Below, piece after piece: positions 46,294-57,621 of a stretch of DNA of 64,000 nucleotides (positions are counted from its first letter, which is position 1; every line of letters begins with the position of its first letter). Position numbers and translations under genes: made by a program. The DNA comes from Tubulanus polymorphus (Eukaryota > Animalia > Nemertea). The stretch covers positions 17,756,560-17,820,559 of the forward strand of contig NC_134027.1 of assembly GCF_964204645.1 (NCBI RefSeq), written 5' to 3'. The notes under the pieces are model-generated. The model did not search any database. It saw only the letters and a program-made list of their open reading frames with translations, and was not told where the DNA came from.

Positions 46294-49202
46294 TGTGGCG
46301 AAAATTGTCAATATCTGGGGTGGGTTTGACCACAAAATGTCTTTGGTGAAATTATATTATGTATTTCGGAATGGCCTTAAGCCGTTCTTTTCTCATTGTT
46401 TCTTTTTAGATGTACGTATTCCGGGACGGGGCTGAGTGTTCTGCGGCGATGTTTCGGGATCTTTTCGGCTCAATTTCAATCTGACAGATTTTTGGCAGTC
46501 CTGTCAGATTCCAATTTCACGACCTGGGCAGGCCCCCGCGGTGTTGGCCACGCCACATCGCGGTGACATCAGCGATTTTTCGGCGCCTGTCCAGGCCATT
46601 CTTTTATCCTCCACCTACCTATTAGTGTGTGTTCACCTTTTTATATTCGAGACCCAACTTCTTTGATTTTGGGCCGTTTTGGTTCCGTCTCGTCGCCGGA
46701 GAATTCTCCAGCCCTGCTCGTGTTTACGCTCGTTTTTACGACGCCGTTCGCTGGCGCCGCCTCACTTCCGTGTGAGCGTTTTCGCGGTGGTGCAGTTAAC
46801 TCCGGTTTATTTTTAGTAAATATCTCCGTATCGGTCTTATAGTCGTCATTTTTCGCGTTAATCTTAAAATATTATAGAACTTAATTCTATTTCTCGCGTA
46901 TGAAGTCTTTATTTAGGGATTTATCGTTCGTCACGGTCGAATGATTTCGCGTGCTCTACTTTGTCCGCGGAGCGTATCACTGCTCGTCACGCTTGACCAA
47001 TCACCGCGTGCGTTGACCGCATGAAAACTATAAATTTGGCGCAATCGCGCTCATTGGCAACTTGGCTCTGGCAGAGCCACATTAGAAACTCTTTCTTGCT
47101 GCCTCTTCACCGTTTTACGAATCGGACGCTGTAAATCGTACAGATCATGTAAGAAGACAATTTTACTTTCTATTTAAGACACGGGCCTCCGGGTCGTCTG
47201 ACCCCGGGATCGCTGCAGTGGTTTTTGACATCCCGCCCTCAGTGAGTCCCGGGTGCCGACGCACCCGGGGGCCGTGTAGTCGTCGGCCATGGGCTGCCGA
47301 TAAACTCGTCACTTACAATCCTGTAAATATTGTAAATTCTCCGTCAGTTCATCGTCTGTTTAAATTCAATCCTTTGACGATGCCATCTTAACGCTCTCGT
47401 CGCTGTAATTACTAATAGTAATAGTAATAATAATAGTATAGTATATCTTCTGTGCTATTTCCGTAATTTTACTCCGAGATGTCGTTTCTGCTGACCATGA
47501 AAATCGCCTGTATTCACTAACTCCTTTTTCGAACGAACACGCGGTCGTTTCTCCTCCTTGACGTCGCCTCTGAATTTCGACTCTTCGAGTTCGCATCAAC
47601 GACATTTTGAATTTGGCGCGCTGTCGTTGATTAACGACAACGCTCGTCGTTAACTATTTGACGCTCCGTCGTATAATTCTTATCGTTGATTAACGACAAC
47701 GCTCGTCGTTAACTATTTGACGCTCCGTCGTATAATTCATATCGTTGATTAACGACCACGCTCGTCGTTAACTATTTGACGCTCCGTCGTATAATTCTTA
47801 TCGTTGATTGAAGACAACGCTCGTCGTTAACTATTTGACGCTCCGTCGTATAATTCATATCGTTGATTAACGACCACGCTCGTCGTTAACTATTTGACGC
47901 TCCGTCGTATAATTCTTATCGTTGATTGAAGACAACGCTCGTCGTTAACTATTTGACGCTCCGTCGTATAATTCTTATCGTTGATTAACGACCACGCTCG
48001 TCGTTAACTATTTGACGCTCCGTCGTATAATTCTTATCGTTGATTGAAGACAACGCTCGTCGTTAACTATTTGACGCTCCGTCGTATAATTCATATCGTT
48101 GATTAACGACCACGCTCGTCGTTAACTATTTGACGCTCCGTCGTATAATTCTTATCGTTGATTGAAGACAACGCTCGTCGTTAACTATTTGACGCTCCGT
48201 CGTATAATTCTTATCGTTGATTAACGACAACGCTCGTCGTTAACTACTTGACGCTCCGTCGTTAACATCTTAATCGTTGATTAGCTTCGACGCTCGTTTA
48301 CTGAGACCTAAGTTATATTAGATACACACCGGAGTCCGCCGCGCCACCGCTTCTATTTGACGTTCGGTCGTCTCCTTTGTATGCTACCGTACATTGACTG
48401 TACCAAGGCTTTGCAAGCCATGAAGGGCACATTCTTTTTATATATCGAAATGTAAATAATCAAGGTGTTTTGCGTGTGGACATGATGTCCCCTTGGCATC
48501 AAGAACGATGAACTTTGTATTATAAGAAAATATATATACTTAATAATTCGTACTACATTCCAATCAAACTTCGAATCTTGCGTTTATTTGATTCGCCGGC
48601 ACTGGAAGGAAGGACGAGGATTTCTGTTGTTTTCCTGCTGCATCGAACCCATTTAGTTCTACGTGAGGATCGTTCCCCTATTGAACGTCGCTACGGACAA
48701 CACTTATGCATACGACTAGTTTGACAGATCTGGCATGAGTCGCAATTAGCTCCTGAGATGACGGGGGACAGCTATGTGCGAGAGGGCACTTGGAATGGGG
48801 GTAGCCATATCCGCCGAGTAATCAACACTGCGAGTTTCGTCCGAGGAAAGCCCCTAAAGCGGATTACTCTGAGGAGAGCGGGTTGGGGGGTCTGTATTAG
48901 CCACACAGATTAAGGCTACGTGGAGTAGGGAGGCGACTGTTTGGAGGAGAGCGTACTGCTTAAGCGCCCTTTTTAGCGACATTTTTCAATAGAGGAACCG
49001 ATTCTACATATTTTATACCATTTACTTTCCTGGGGAAGACAAGAGTCTCCTTGCCGTATTCACTACCCGAGTGCGGTCGACCCAGGCGGACCCGTGTAGC
49101 GAGCGCCCCGGCACAGCAGAGTGACAACGACTACGCTACCTATGGACAACAGCAGTCACTACCTGAATTACTATTTTATATGTTTACACTACAACCGCTA
49201 CA
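46294..49202. mobile_element. Solo-LTR-like insertion (2.9 kb, Gypsy-type ends)
   Basis: CACG|TGTGGCG...CGCTACA|CACG; the 4-bp TSD is confirmed by the empty site AAACACGCATG in copy A (~39491); TATAAA near 47029; no recognisable ORF. Confidence 0.8.
47625..48296. repeat. 59-bp tandem array, 11 units plus a partial, with internal hairpin
   Basis: Unit CGTTGATTAACGACAACGCTCGTCGTTAACTATTTGACGCTCCGTCGTATAATTCTTAT. Confidence 0.97.
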
Positions 49203-51305
49203 CACGCATGTATTTATGCTATTTTAGATTTTAAAAGAGCGCACGAAAGTGTTTCATGAGACCCGCAAATAACGTCAAGTTATTCATGCATTTTTGATTT
49301 ATATGAATAAATTTCGCTTCGAAATGTTTAAATTTCTCAGGTGGATTATTCAATAAATTCACAACAGTCCATTATGGATTAGTTTGACGCCAATCGTTCC
49401 TTTAAAGATCTTTCTTTCCCGAAGAAAGATTTTCTTAAAAACTTTGATTATGGTGAATCTTTTATGTGTCCGATAGATATCTCGGGTATTATACTAGAAC
49501 ACAAATTTTTAAAGATATTCATAACATACTGAAGGATATCACAGTTTATACCCGAAAATATGCTGTTGGATAGATCTTTTGGTTTCGAAAAGTTGTCCGA
49601 TTCGTGTGAAATAGGGGGCTCGCATGCGACAGTAAAAACGGTACTTGTGTAATAAGTGAACTTCATCATTGATATTTTCACTAATCTACTTGAATTCCAA
49701 AAAAGAACTGACAATGAAAAAGGGTTACAGCTGTGACTGATATCACTCCAAATTTCAATTCCTATGAACACTTTTCATATAAAGAAAACTATTAACGAAA
49801 CAGTTTTTAGAGGCGAAGAATCCGCGTTACCATCGAATTTTCAAAACTTGAAGGAATGGTTAATGCCTCGGTGACCACTGGTCTAGTACGCGGTTTTCTG
49901 AAATGAAAGTGGCCATTGGTTGAAAGACGGGTGTTAGTCACCTTGTGATTTAATTGTTTTTCATGCATCGATTAATTAATCTTATTATAACTTATTTGTA
50001 GGCGCTTCCCGCATTTGTAGGCGATTCCGCAACATTTTCTATTCGTTGAGTTTTCAAACGCAGTACTGTTCAGATGATTCGAGTCAAGTAGTAAAAAAGT
50101 TTATGTATTAGCATTACTATGCAGTGAAAATAACGCACTGCGGCAAGTGAGGTGCTGTGATCCAGATGTGTAACCCATTTATGGGTAATAAATTTTCATC
50201 ATGTCAACGCCATTCAAAAACAGTAGCAAAACTTTCTGCTGGTTTCTAGAAATAGCAATACGACGACAAGCACTTTCGAATTCGACCACGATATTTGAGA
50301 AGTTTCACTTGGGCAGTGGTGGTCAGTGATAGTCAATTTATGAATTTTAATGGCGAATCCTTTCTAGTTTCACACCAAATGCGGTACCGGTATATCGTTC
50401 TTTCAAGAAGTTTCAATTGGTCAGTGGTGGTCAGTGATGGCCAATTTATGAATTTTCAATGGCGAATCCTTTCTAGTTTCACACCAAATGCGGTACCGGT
50501 ATATCGTTCTTTCAAGAAGTTTCAATTGGTCAGTGGTGGTCAGTGATGGCCAATTTATGAATTTTCAATGGCGAATCCTTTCTAGTTTGACACCATAACG
50601 CGGTGGTCAGTGATGAATTTGCAATGATGATTCCTTAGTAGTTTGAAAACAAACATTACATGATAAATTTCCGAAATTCGATGTCAAGTGTTCAGACTCG
50701 GGGATATCTCAATTGGTCAGTTACTGACCATCATGGTGTCACCATTGTGGTCTATACCTCAAATGAAACATGTGGAACCGACGAAGGGGCCCAAAAGCGT
50801 TAAGTCATTTCCTGGAGTGACGTGATCCAAAAATGCCCTAACTGGAAAAGGCAGTCTCTCAATTGGATGAAACCAAATCGGACAGGACAATTAAAATTTG
50901 GGAAGGTCACAGGTAGTGGTCTTTCTACGAAGCCCATGCGGTGAGCGTATTATTATGAAATCTTTTTTTAAACCACCATGTACCACGAAGTAATAATAAG
51001 CATCGTTGTAAGCACTTGAAACAGCCATTAACCACTTGAAACTGTCAGATCAAACATCATACCGCATCCCCGCAAAGAGGGGTAGTTCAGCAAACCGGAG
51101 TTTTCATTGGCCTCTCTAGACTACCCCGCCAGTACGGGTAGCCGAGCAAACCGGAAAACTCATAATGGGGGCTGTGCTTTTTGTGGGATTCGAATCCAGT
51201 CTTCCAATTGGTTTCTACGGAGAAATACGCACTAAAAATACTATTTTTTGACAATATTTTGTGAATATTCTTTGTAAATATTCTGAAAATTACACAAAAT
51301 CATTT

Positions 51306-53979
51306 ATAGACGGACGCCGGGCGCCGCAGGCGCCCGGAGGACTTCCCTTTGATAAACGCGTATATGTGGATTCTAGAAAATGTCTTCTTAACCGATTCTG
51401 ACTTACTGACAAAGTCAGAAAAAAATGAAGTCAGAGTACGTCCGGTTTGAAGTTCATGGGGAAATCGGAAGTAGAATTACGTCACGCCAAAATCCGGCAG
51501 CGAAGTAACTAAAATCCGGCAACTTTTGGATCGGGTGATTTCAGAATGTATTTATTTCGTGAAATTTCGACCAAGATTGGATCGTTGAATCGTTGAAAAA
51601 TTTCACGGCTGCGCGGCGGATCGCCGATCGGTCTCGCTCGAGCAGCAGCAGCAACATCGCTGTCGGCAACAACATTAGTCTCCGCCCCTTCTGTCACCAA
51701 ATAAGGAATTCGGTACCGCTAGCCACGTGCACTGCTTATTTACTTGAGCCGTAGATTCCCGGTACTCGACATTACCGGAGGATTAGAAACAAATTAATAT
51801 TTTTCGTAAGAGAAATCAATTTTTGTATTGACATTTGAATTTTCCTGCTGATAATTAATTAATTCGATTCTTTCTGGCAGAAAATAATTTTCCGATTGAT
51901 GCGTTTTAACGCGTCTTCCATTTTTCTCCGTAATTAAAAAATTCGTAGTTATCTTCTTGTCCTTTTGTTTTCGAATGGTGCTAATTTCTAAATTAACAAC
52001 CAGGTCAAAATTCTTCAATCTTGCAAAAAACCAGTCTCAGTCTGACTCAGTTTCACTTCGAAATGTCGGGTTACAGTGGTTTTGCAAAGTGGTTTAAACC
52101 ATCGAATAATTCTTGATACACTAATCTAAATCGAAATAGTAGTGACATACAGTGCCACGGGTAAGCCAAAGACCAAAAATTAATATCAATAAATAATTCA
52201 GTTGGGAAATTAGGTCAAGTCTTTTTTCTGGCAGAAAATTGAATTTCATTATCTTAAAAGCCCAAATTTTCTATAACCAGAAATTAATCAAACTTAGAGT
52301 TGCAGTTTCATCGTCTTCCCCCTCCCCCAACTCTCTGGCATTATTTTTCATTTTTCCAAGTTTTATCTAAGAATTGATATGCTTTGGGCCCAAAGTACAA
52401 TTTCAATATGAAAAAAATTTTATCAAAGTTACTTTCCAGTTCCATGGGATTGACAACAATTAATTGTCTCTGTGTTCCTAGTCACTGACAATATTTTGAG
52501 CGTATTTCGTTATACACTCAAAATACACACTACATGCACAATACACAATATCAATATACACGAGGTTGTTTTCGAATCGAAATGATTTGTTAGTATAAAA
52601 AGTTAAATCAAGCTGTGACGAAGCGTCCGTCACTTAGATTTCATCTATTACATATTAGACGGACGCCGGGCGCCGAAGGCGCCCGGAGGACGTCCCTTTG
52701 GTAAACGCGTATATGTGGATACTACGAAGTGTCTTCTTAACCGATTCTGACTACTGTCTGTCACACATGCTCTTCGTGCGACGTTTTGGTCCGTAATTTC
52801 GTTAATAATCGGTTGATCTGTAAATATTATGCATCAATTTGTTCAGTAAGGAATTTGCATTCAGAAATAAATCATGAACTGGCAGAAATTTGTTTGTGTT
52901 TTCATCTATCAGCGATAGTTTACCAAGCACACGCTCGCGTAATGCTAAAAACGGCTTTTATGGCCCGTCACGTAGCGCCACCTACTCTATTTTGATATGC
53001 TAATGAGCAGGTGATGACGTCACTGTAACGTTTCCGAGCGTCCGCGGAGCGGATTTTTCAGCATTACGCGAGCGTATGCTGAGTAAACTATCGCTCATAA
53101 ATGAAAACAAAAACAACTTAAGTAAAAATTGTTGTTTATTTCTGAATGCAAATTCCTCACTGAACAAATTGATGCAAAATAAAGGTAGATAAACCGATTA
53201 TTAACGAAATTACGGACCAAAACGTCGCACGGAGAGTAGGTGTGACAGACAGTAGCTGAAAAAGTCAGAAAAAAATGACGTCACTTGACGTCCGGTTTGA
53301 AGTTCATGGGGAAATCGGAAGTAGAATTACGTCACGCTAAAATCCGGCAGCCCATTAACTAAAGTAAGGCAATTTATGGATCGGGTTATTTCAGAATTTA
53401 TTTATTTCATGAAATTTCGAACAAGATTGGGTCGATGAATAGTTTAACAATGAACCGCGTTGATCGAACGAGTTCGAAAATAGCTGAAATCCCCTTAGCA
53501 ACGGGAGCGAATTCATAATAAACAAACCACGCGCCGGCCGCGGCCCGGTGCCACGCGGTTCGGCGCGCAGGTTCGAATCCCGGAGAATTACGCTCTCGCG
53601 CGCGCAGCTGTCATTCCCAGCGGCAGCACTGAAATACAATTTTTTAATCAAAAGTAGCGACCCTAAAAACTGCGGTGAGAGTCGCGTTAGAGTCGTAAAA
53701 TTTCTCGGCCAGCGCGGCGGCGGATCGGCACGGCGTAGTCTCGCTCTCGAGCAGCAGCAACATCGCGGTCGGCAAAAACATTAGTCTCCGCCCCTTCTTC
53801 ACCAAATAAGGAATTCGGAACCGCTGGCCGCGTGCACTGCTTATTTTGAACCGTATTCCCGGCGGATTAGAAAGAAATGTATATTTTTCGCAAGAGAAAT
53901 CACTTTTTGTACTGACATTCGCATTTCCTGCTAATTCGAGTTTTTTCTAGCAGAAAATAATTTTCCGATTTGTGCGTTT
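51306..53979 (+). mobile_element. HINE-like family H3, head-to-tail dimer (51306-52653 and 52654-53979)
   Basis: Both start TAGACGGACGCCGGGCGCCG.AGGCGCCCGG; 3' subterminal IR GCGTCCGTC and hairpin TAGATTTCATCTA at 52623-52647. Confidence 0.8.
52754..53252. mobile_element. Foldback MITE with long TIRs and TA TSD
   Basis: TA|CTGTCTGTCACAC...GTGTGACAGACAG|TA; arms pair for ~190 bp; absent from the sister H3 copy near 51400. Confidence 0.88.
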
Positions 53980-54039
53980 CAAACCGGTAAGCTAAAAACT
54001 TCACTGCCCACCACAAGCCATATTCTGTACCAAAGTAGT

Positions 54040-57000
54040 GTGCTCCGTAATACTCTACTCAAAAGTTGTAGACTAGCAGTGATTGGTAACAACAACAAGT
54101 CGACATCATCATCACCAAAAAAGGCAAAAGGACTCTTCTTAAAAAGAACAAAAACCCTGGTTCTTTTCTTGACGGTTATCTTGCTTGCTGAAGCAAATGA
54201 TATAAACCTAAATCCAGGCCCTACCTCGTTCTCAGCCACAGACACTAAACCACAACAAGGAAGCTACCTAAACCATACCAGCAAAACTTATCCTTGTGGA
54301 ACATGCGACCAGCCTGTAAATTGGGATGAAAGAGGCATAGTATGTGGTACCTGCGACATGTGGTACCATGCAAACTGTCAAAGTATACAAACCCAAACAT
54401 ATACAGATTTAAATGACAGCGCAGTGGCCTTGGACTGCATGGCTTGTGGATGCCCAAATTTTTCACCCGCATTCTACAACCTGTCGATAACTACATCAAA
54501 CCAGTTCGATACATTGTCTGATTTATGCCTTCTGAGTACACCAAATAAACAACCTAAGCCAATCCATTCATCAACCCCTAGCAAACGGATCACTAAAGGA
54601 GGCCCAACATACCAACCAATGAGAATACTGAATGTAAACTTTCAGTCCATAAAAAACAAGCAAGGACCCCTTAAAAACCTCCTGGAACAATTGAACCCTG
54701 ATATTGTCATAGGCACTGAAACGTGGACGGACGCAACTATAACTGATAATCAAATCTTCCCAGATACATATAAATTGTATAGAAAAGATCGGACGCACGA
54801 GGGAGGAGGTGGTGTACTCATAGCTGTCAAGAGAAATTTAGAACAGGCACCTGTACCAGAGCTCTCTACAAACTGTGAAATGGTCTGGTGTAAGATCACT
54901 ACAAAGAGAACACGACACCTTTACATCGGTTCATACTATAACCCAATCACCAGTGATAGTGAGTCATATATGGAACTTAGGCGTAGTCTACAGAAAGCAA
55001 CCACATCCACGAATAACGCAGTCCTACTGATCGGAGGTGATTTCAACCTACCTGGTTGGGATTGGAAACAGAGAAAGATTAAACCCGCGACAAAAAATAT
55101 CCAAAATCACACAGACTTCCTTGATACCCTAGACGATAATGGCCTCACGCAATTGGTAGAAGAACAAACAAGAGGTGAGAATACTTTAGATCTTCTGATT
55201 ACAAATGACCCAAATCTCTTTCTGAGAACCAAAACATTACCTGGAATCTCGGACCATGATGTTGTGTTCTGCGAAATTGACATCCAACCAAATTTTGTAA
55301 AACAGACCCCACGGAAAATTCTACTCTATGACAAGGCAAACTGGGCTTCCATTAAACAGGATATGAAGAAAACCTACAAAGATGTCCAAAATCTATATAC
55401 AAAAAAACAAATCAGCAGAATCTATGTGGTCCACCTTCAAGACTCAGATTGAAAACAGTATCAAGATGAATATCCCAACCAAAAATGCCAAGAAAAGAGA
55501 TGGACTGCCTTGGATCGACTAAAATCTACGTAGGCTTATCAATAAAAGAAATCGACTACAAAGAAAACTTAAAAAATCTGGTCATCACATCCATAGACAA
55601 CAATATAAGGAGTTGAAAAAAATTGTACAGAAAGGACTCAGACGCGCCCATTGGAAACACATAGAGAATATTGTCACCCCAAGCACCAATGACGACTATG
55701 GCCAATTTGGAGGACTTAAACGCTTTTGGACCTATGTCAAACACCGCAGGTCAACGGGATCAAACATTCCCCCACTTAGAAATAATGGAAATCTGTACAA
55801 CACAGCCAAGGATAAAGCCAACATCCTCAACCAACAATCCAAGTCTGCCTTCACAAAACAAAGTTGCATGACCAAAGAGGAAATCCAAGCCAAAGTTAAA
55901 ATGGATGGAATCTATCCAAAAATGGGGGATATAAACATACAAACTCGAGGAGTGGAGCAGTTGTTAAAAAATTTAAAACCAGGGAAAGCAGCTGGACCAG
56001 ATAACATCAAACCTCGGATCCTGAAAGAACTTGCCACGGATGTAGCCCCCATTCTCACATTAATATATCAAAGATCCTACAATAACTCGGAAGTACCGGA
56101 GGACTGGCGGAATGCAAATGTCACCCCAGTTTATAAAAAAGGTGATAAATTTAATGCAATCAACTATCGCCCGATATCATTAACATGTGTCTGTTGTAAA
56201 ATGATGGAACATATCATCACCTCTAACATCATGAACCACGGAGAGCGACAAGGAATCCTCTACCCACTTCAACATGGTTTTCGTAGAGGCCTCTCCTGTG
56301 AAACACAACTGGCAGAATTTATTGATGATGTAACATCCAACATAGACAACAGAAAACAAACGGACTGCATTGTGATGGATTTCAGTAAAGCCTTCGATAA
56401 AGTCAGCCACCAGCTACTCGTACACAAAATGACCACTATGGGGTCTCCGGCAAAACAAATGCATGGATTGAGGCATTCCTTTCAGGAAGAAAACAGGCAG
56501 TCGTTATTGAAGGAGAGTCATCTGAAACAGTGGATGTTGAATCAGGAGTTCCACAAGGATCGGTTTTAGGCCCAAGTCTATTCCTCTTCTACATAAATGA
56601 CATACCGCTGAATATAACATCTAAAATACGACTTTTTGCTGATGACACCATTGCCTACCTAGTTGTCTCTTCACAGAAACACGCAGAAGTGCTGCAATAC
56701 GACCTCGATCTCCTCACTGAGTGGGAAACTAAATGGAACATGGAATTCAACACAGACAAGTGCCATGTCCTCAGTATCACAAGAGGACGTCCCCACGAAT
56801 ACACCTATAAGCTCGGAGGTCATATCCGATCACATGTACAGACAGCAAAGTACCTAGGTGTAACCATCACCAACAATTTAAAATGGACACCTCATATTGA
56901 AGAACTTTGCAAAAAGGCAAATCGAACGATTGGATTTCTGAAAAGGAATGTTAACATAAACTCGATACATGTGAAGGACACAGCTTACAGATCACTGGTC

Positions 57001-57435
57001 AGACCCATAGTAGAATATGCGAGTAGTGTCTCGGACCCATATCTCCAAACTGACATACACCGATTGGAGATGATCCAACATCGAGCTGCAAGATATGTCA
57101 CAAATCGTCACCACAATAGATCCAGTGTAACAGATATGTTGTCCCACCTACAATGGCAGTCACTACAGGAAAGAAGAAGACAGGCCAGACTCACACTATT
57201 GTATAAACTCGCCAACGAACAAACTTTGGTTGATACGAGCACACGCCTGGTTCCACCTGTTCGTAAAACTAGAGAATCGCACTCGAAAGCTTTCCAAGTC
57301 AAGTTCTCCCGTACTGAAATCAAACGACAATCCTTCTATACCAGAACAGTCAGGGATTGGAACGCTCTACCTGCAGATACTGTGTCAGCGGAGAGTATCG
57401 AAGCCTTTAAGACTCTTCTCTCCCACACCCCTTAG
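54040..57435 (+). pseudogene. LINE ORF2 broken by frameshifts (~55410, ~56430) and a stop (~55520)
   Basis: ORFs 54040-55452, 55613-56569 and 56530-57435 join into one PHD-APE-RT protein. Confidence 0.92.
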
Positions 57436-57446
57436 CTTAAAAACTC

Positions 57447-57519
<73 letters not shown>
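57447..57519. repeat. (TTA)n microsatellite, ~24 units
   Basis: Directly visible in the LINE 3' UTR. Confidence 0.97.
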
Positions 57520-57521
<2 letters not shown>

Positions 57522-57621
57522 TAATACTAAATTTATTAGTAATGTCTGTATATATTTATTTGCGCACACCTATACACTGTGTTTCATCAACCAGTTGATG
57601 TTGACAGATATCGGAAGAAGA

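Larger units (their letters stand above)
42307..51167 (+). mobile_element. E1 copy B, complete (~5.95 kb without the nested LTR)
   Basis: TIRs CATTATGAGAATGCCGGTTTGCT / AGCAAACCGGAAAACTCATAATG; colinear with copies A and C. Confidence 0.93.
53980..57621 (+). mobile_element. CR1/L2-group LINE: 2A-like motif, PHD finger, APE endonuclease, RT; few disruptions
   Basis: DINLNPGP; CGTC...CGTCDMWYHANC...CMAC; NVNFQS, GTETW, GDFN, SDH; DFSKAFD, GVPQGSVLGP, LFADD, SFYTRTVRDWNALP; 3' UTR with (TTA)n and a GAAGAAGAA tail. Confidence 0.94.

Noticed and set aside
47625-48296. CRISPR-like array of palindromic repeats
   Set aside because: No unique spacers, no cas genes, and a eukaryotic context; it is a plain tandem array.
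51395-51420. CTGA-CTTA-CTGA as an excision footprint of the 52754 MITE
   Set aside because: Reading the TSD as TA gives an empty site of the same length (CTGACTAGCTGA), so simple divergence explains it.
57230-57598. ORF with a poly-Ile tract
   Set aside because: Translation of the (TTA)n microsatellite in the LINE 3' UTR.
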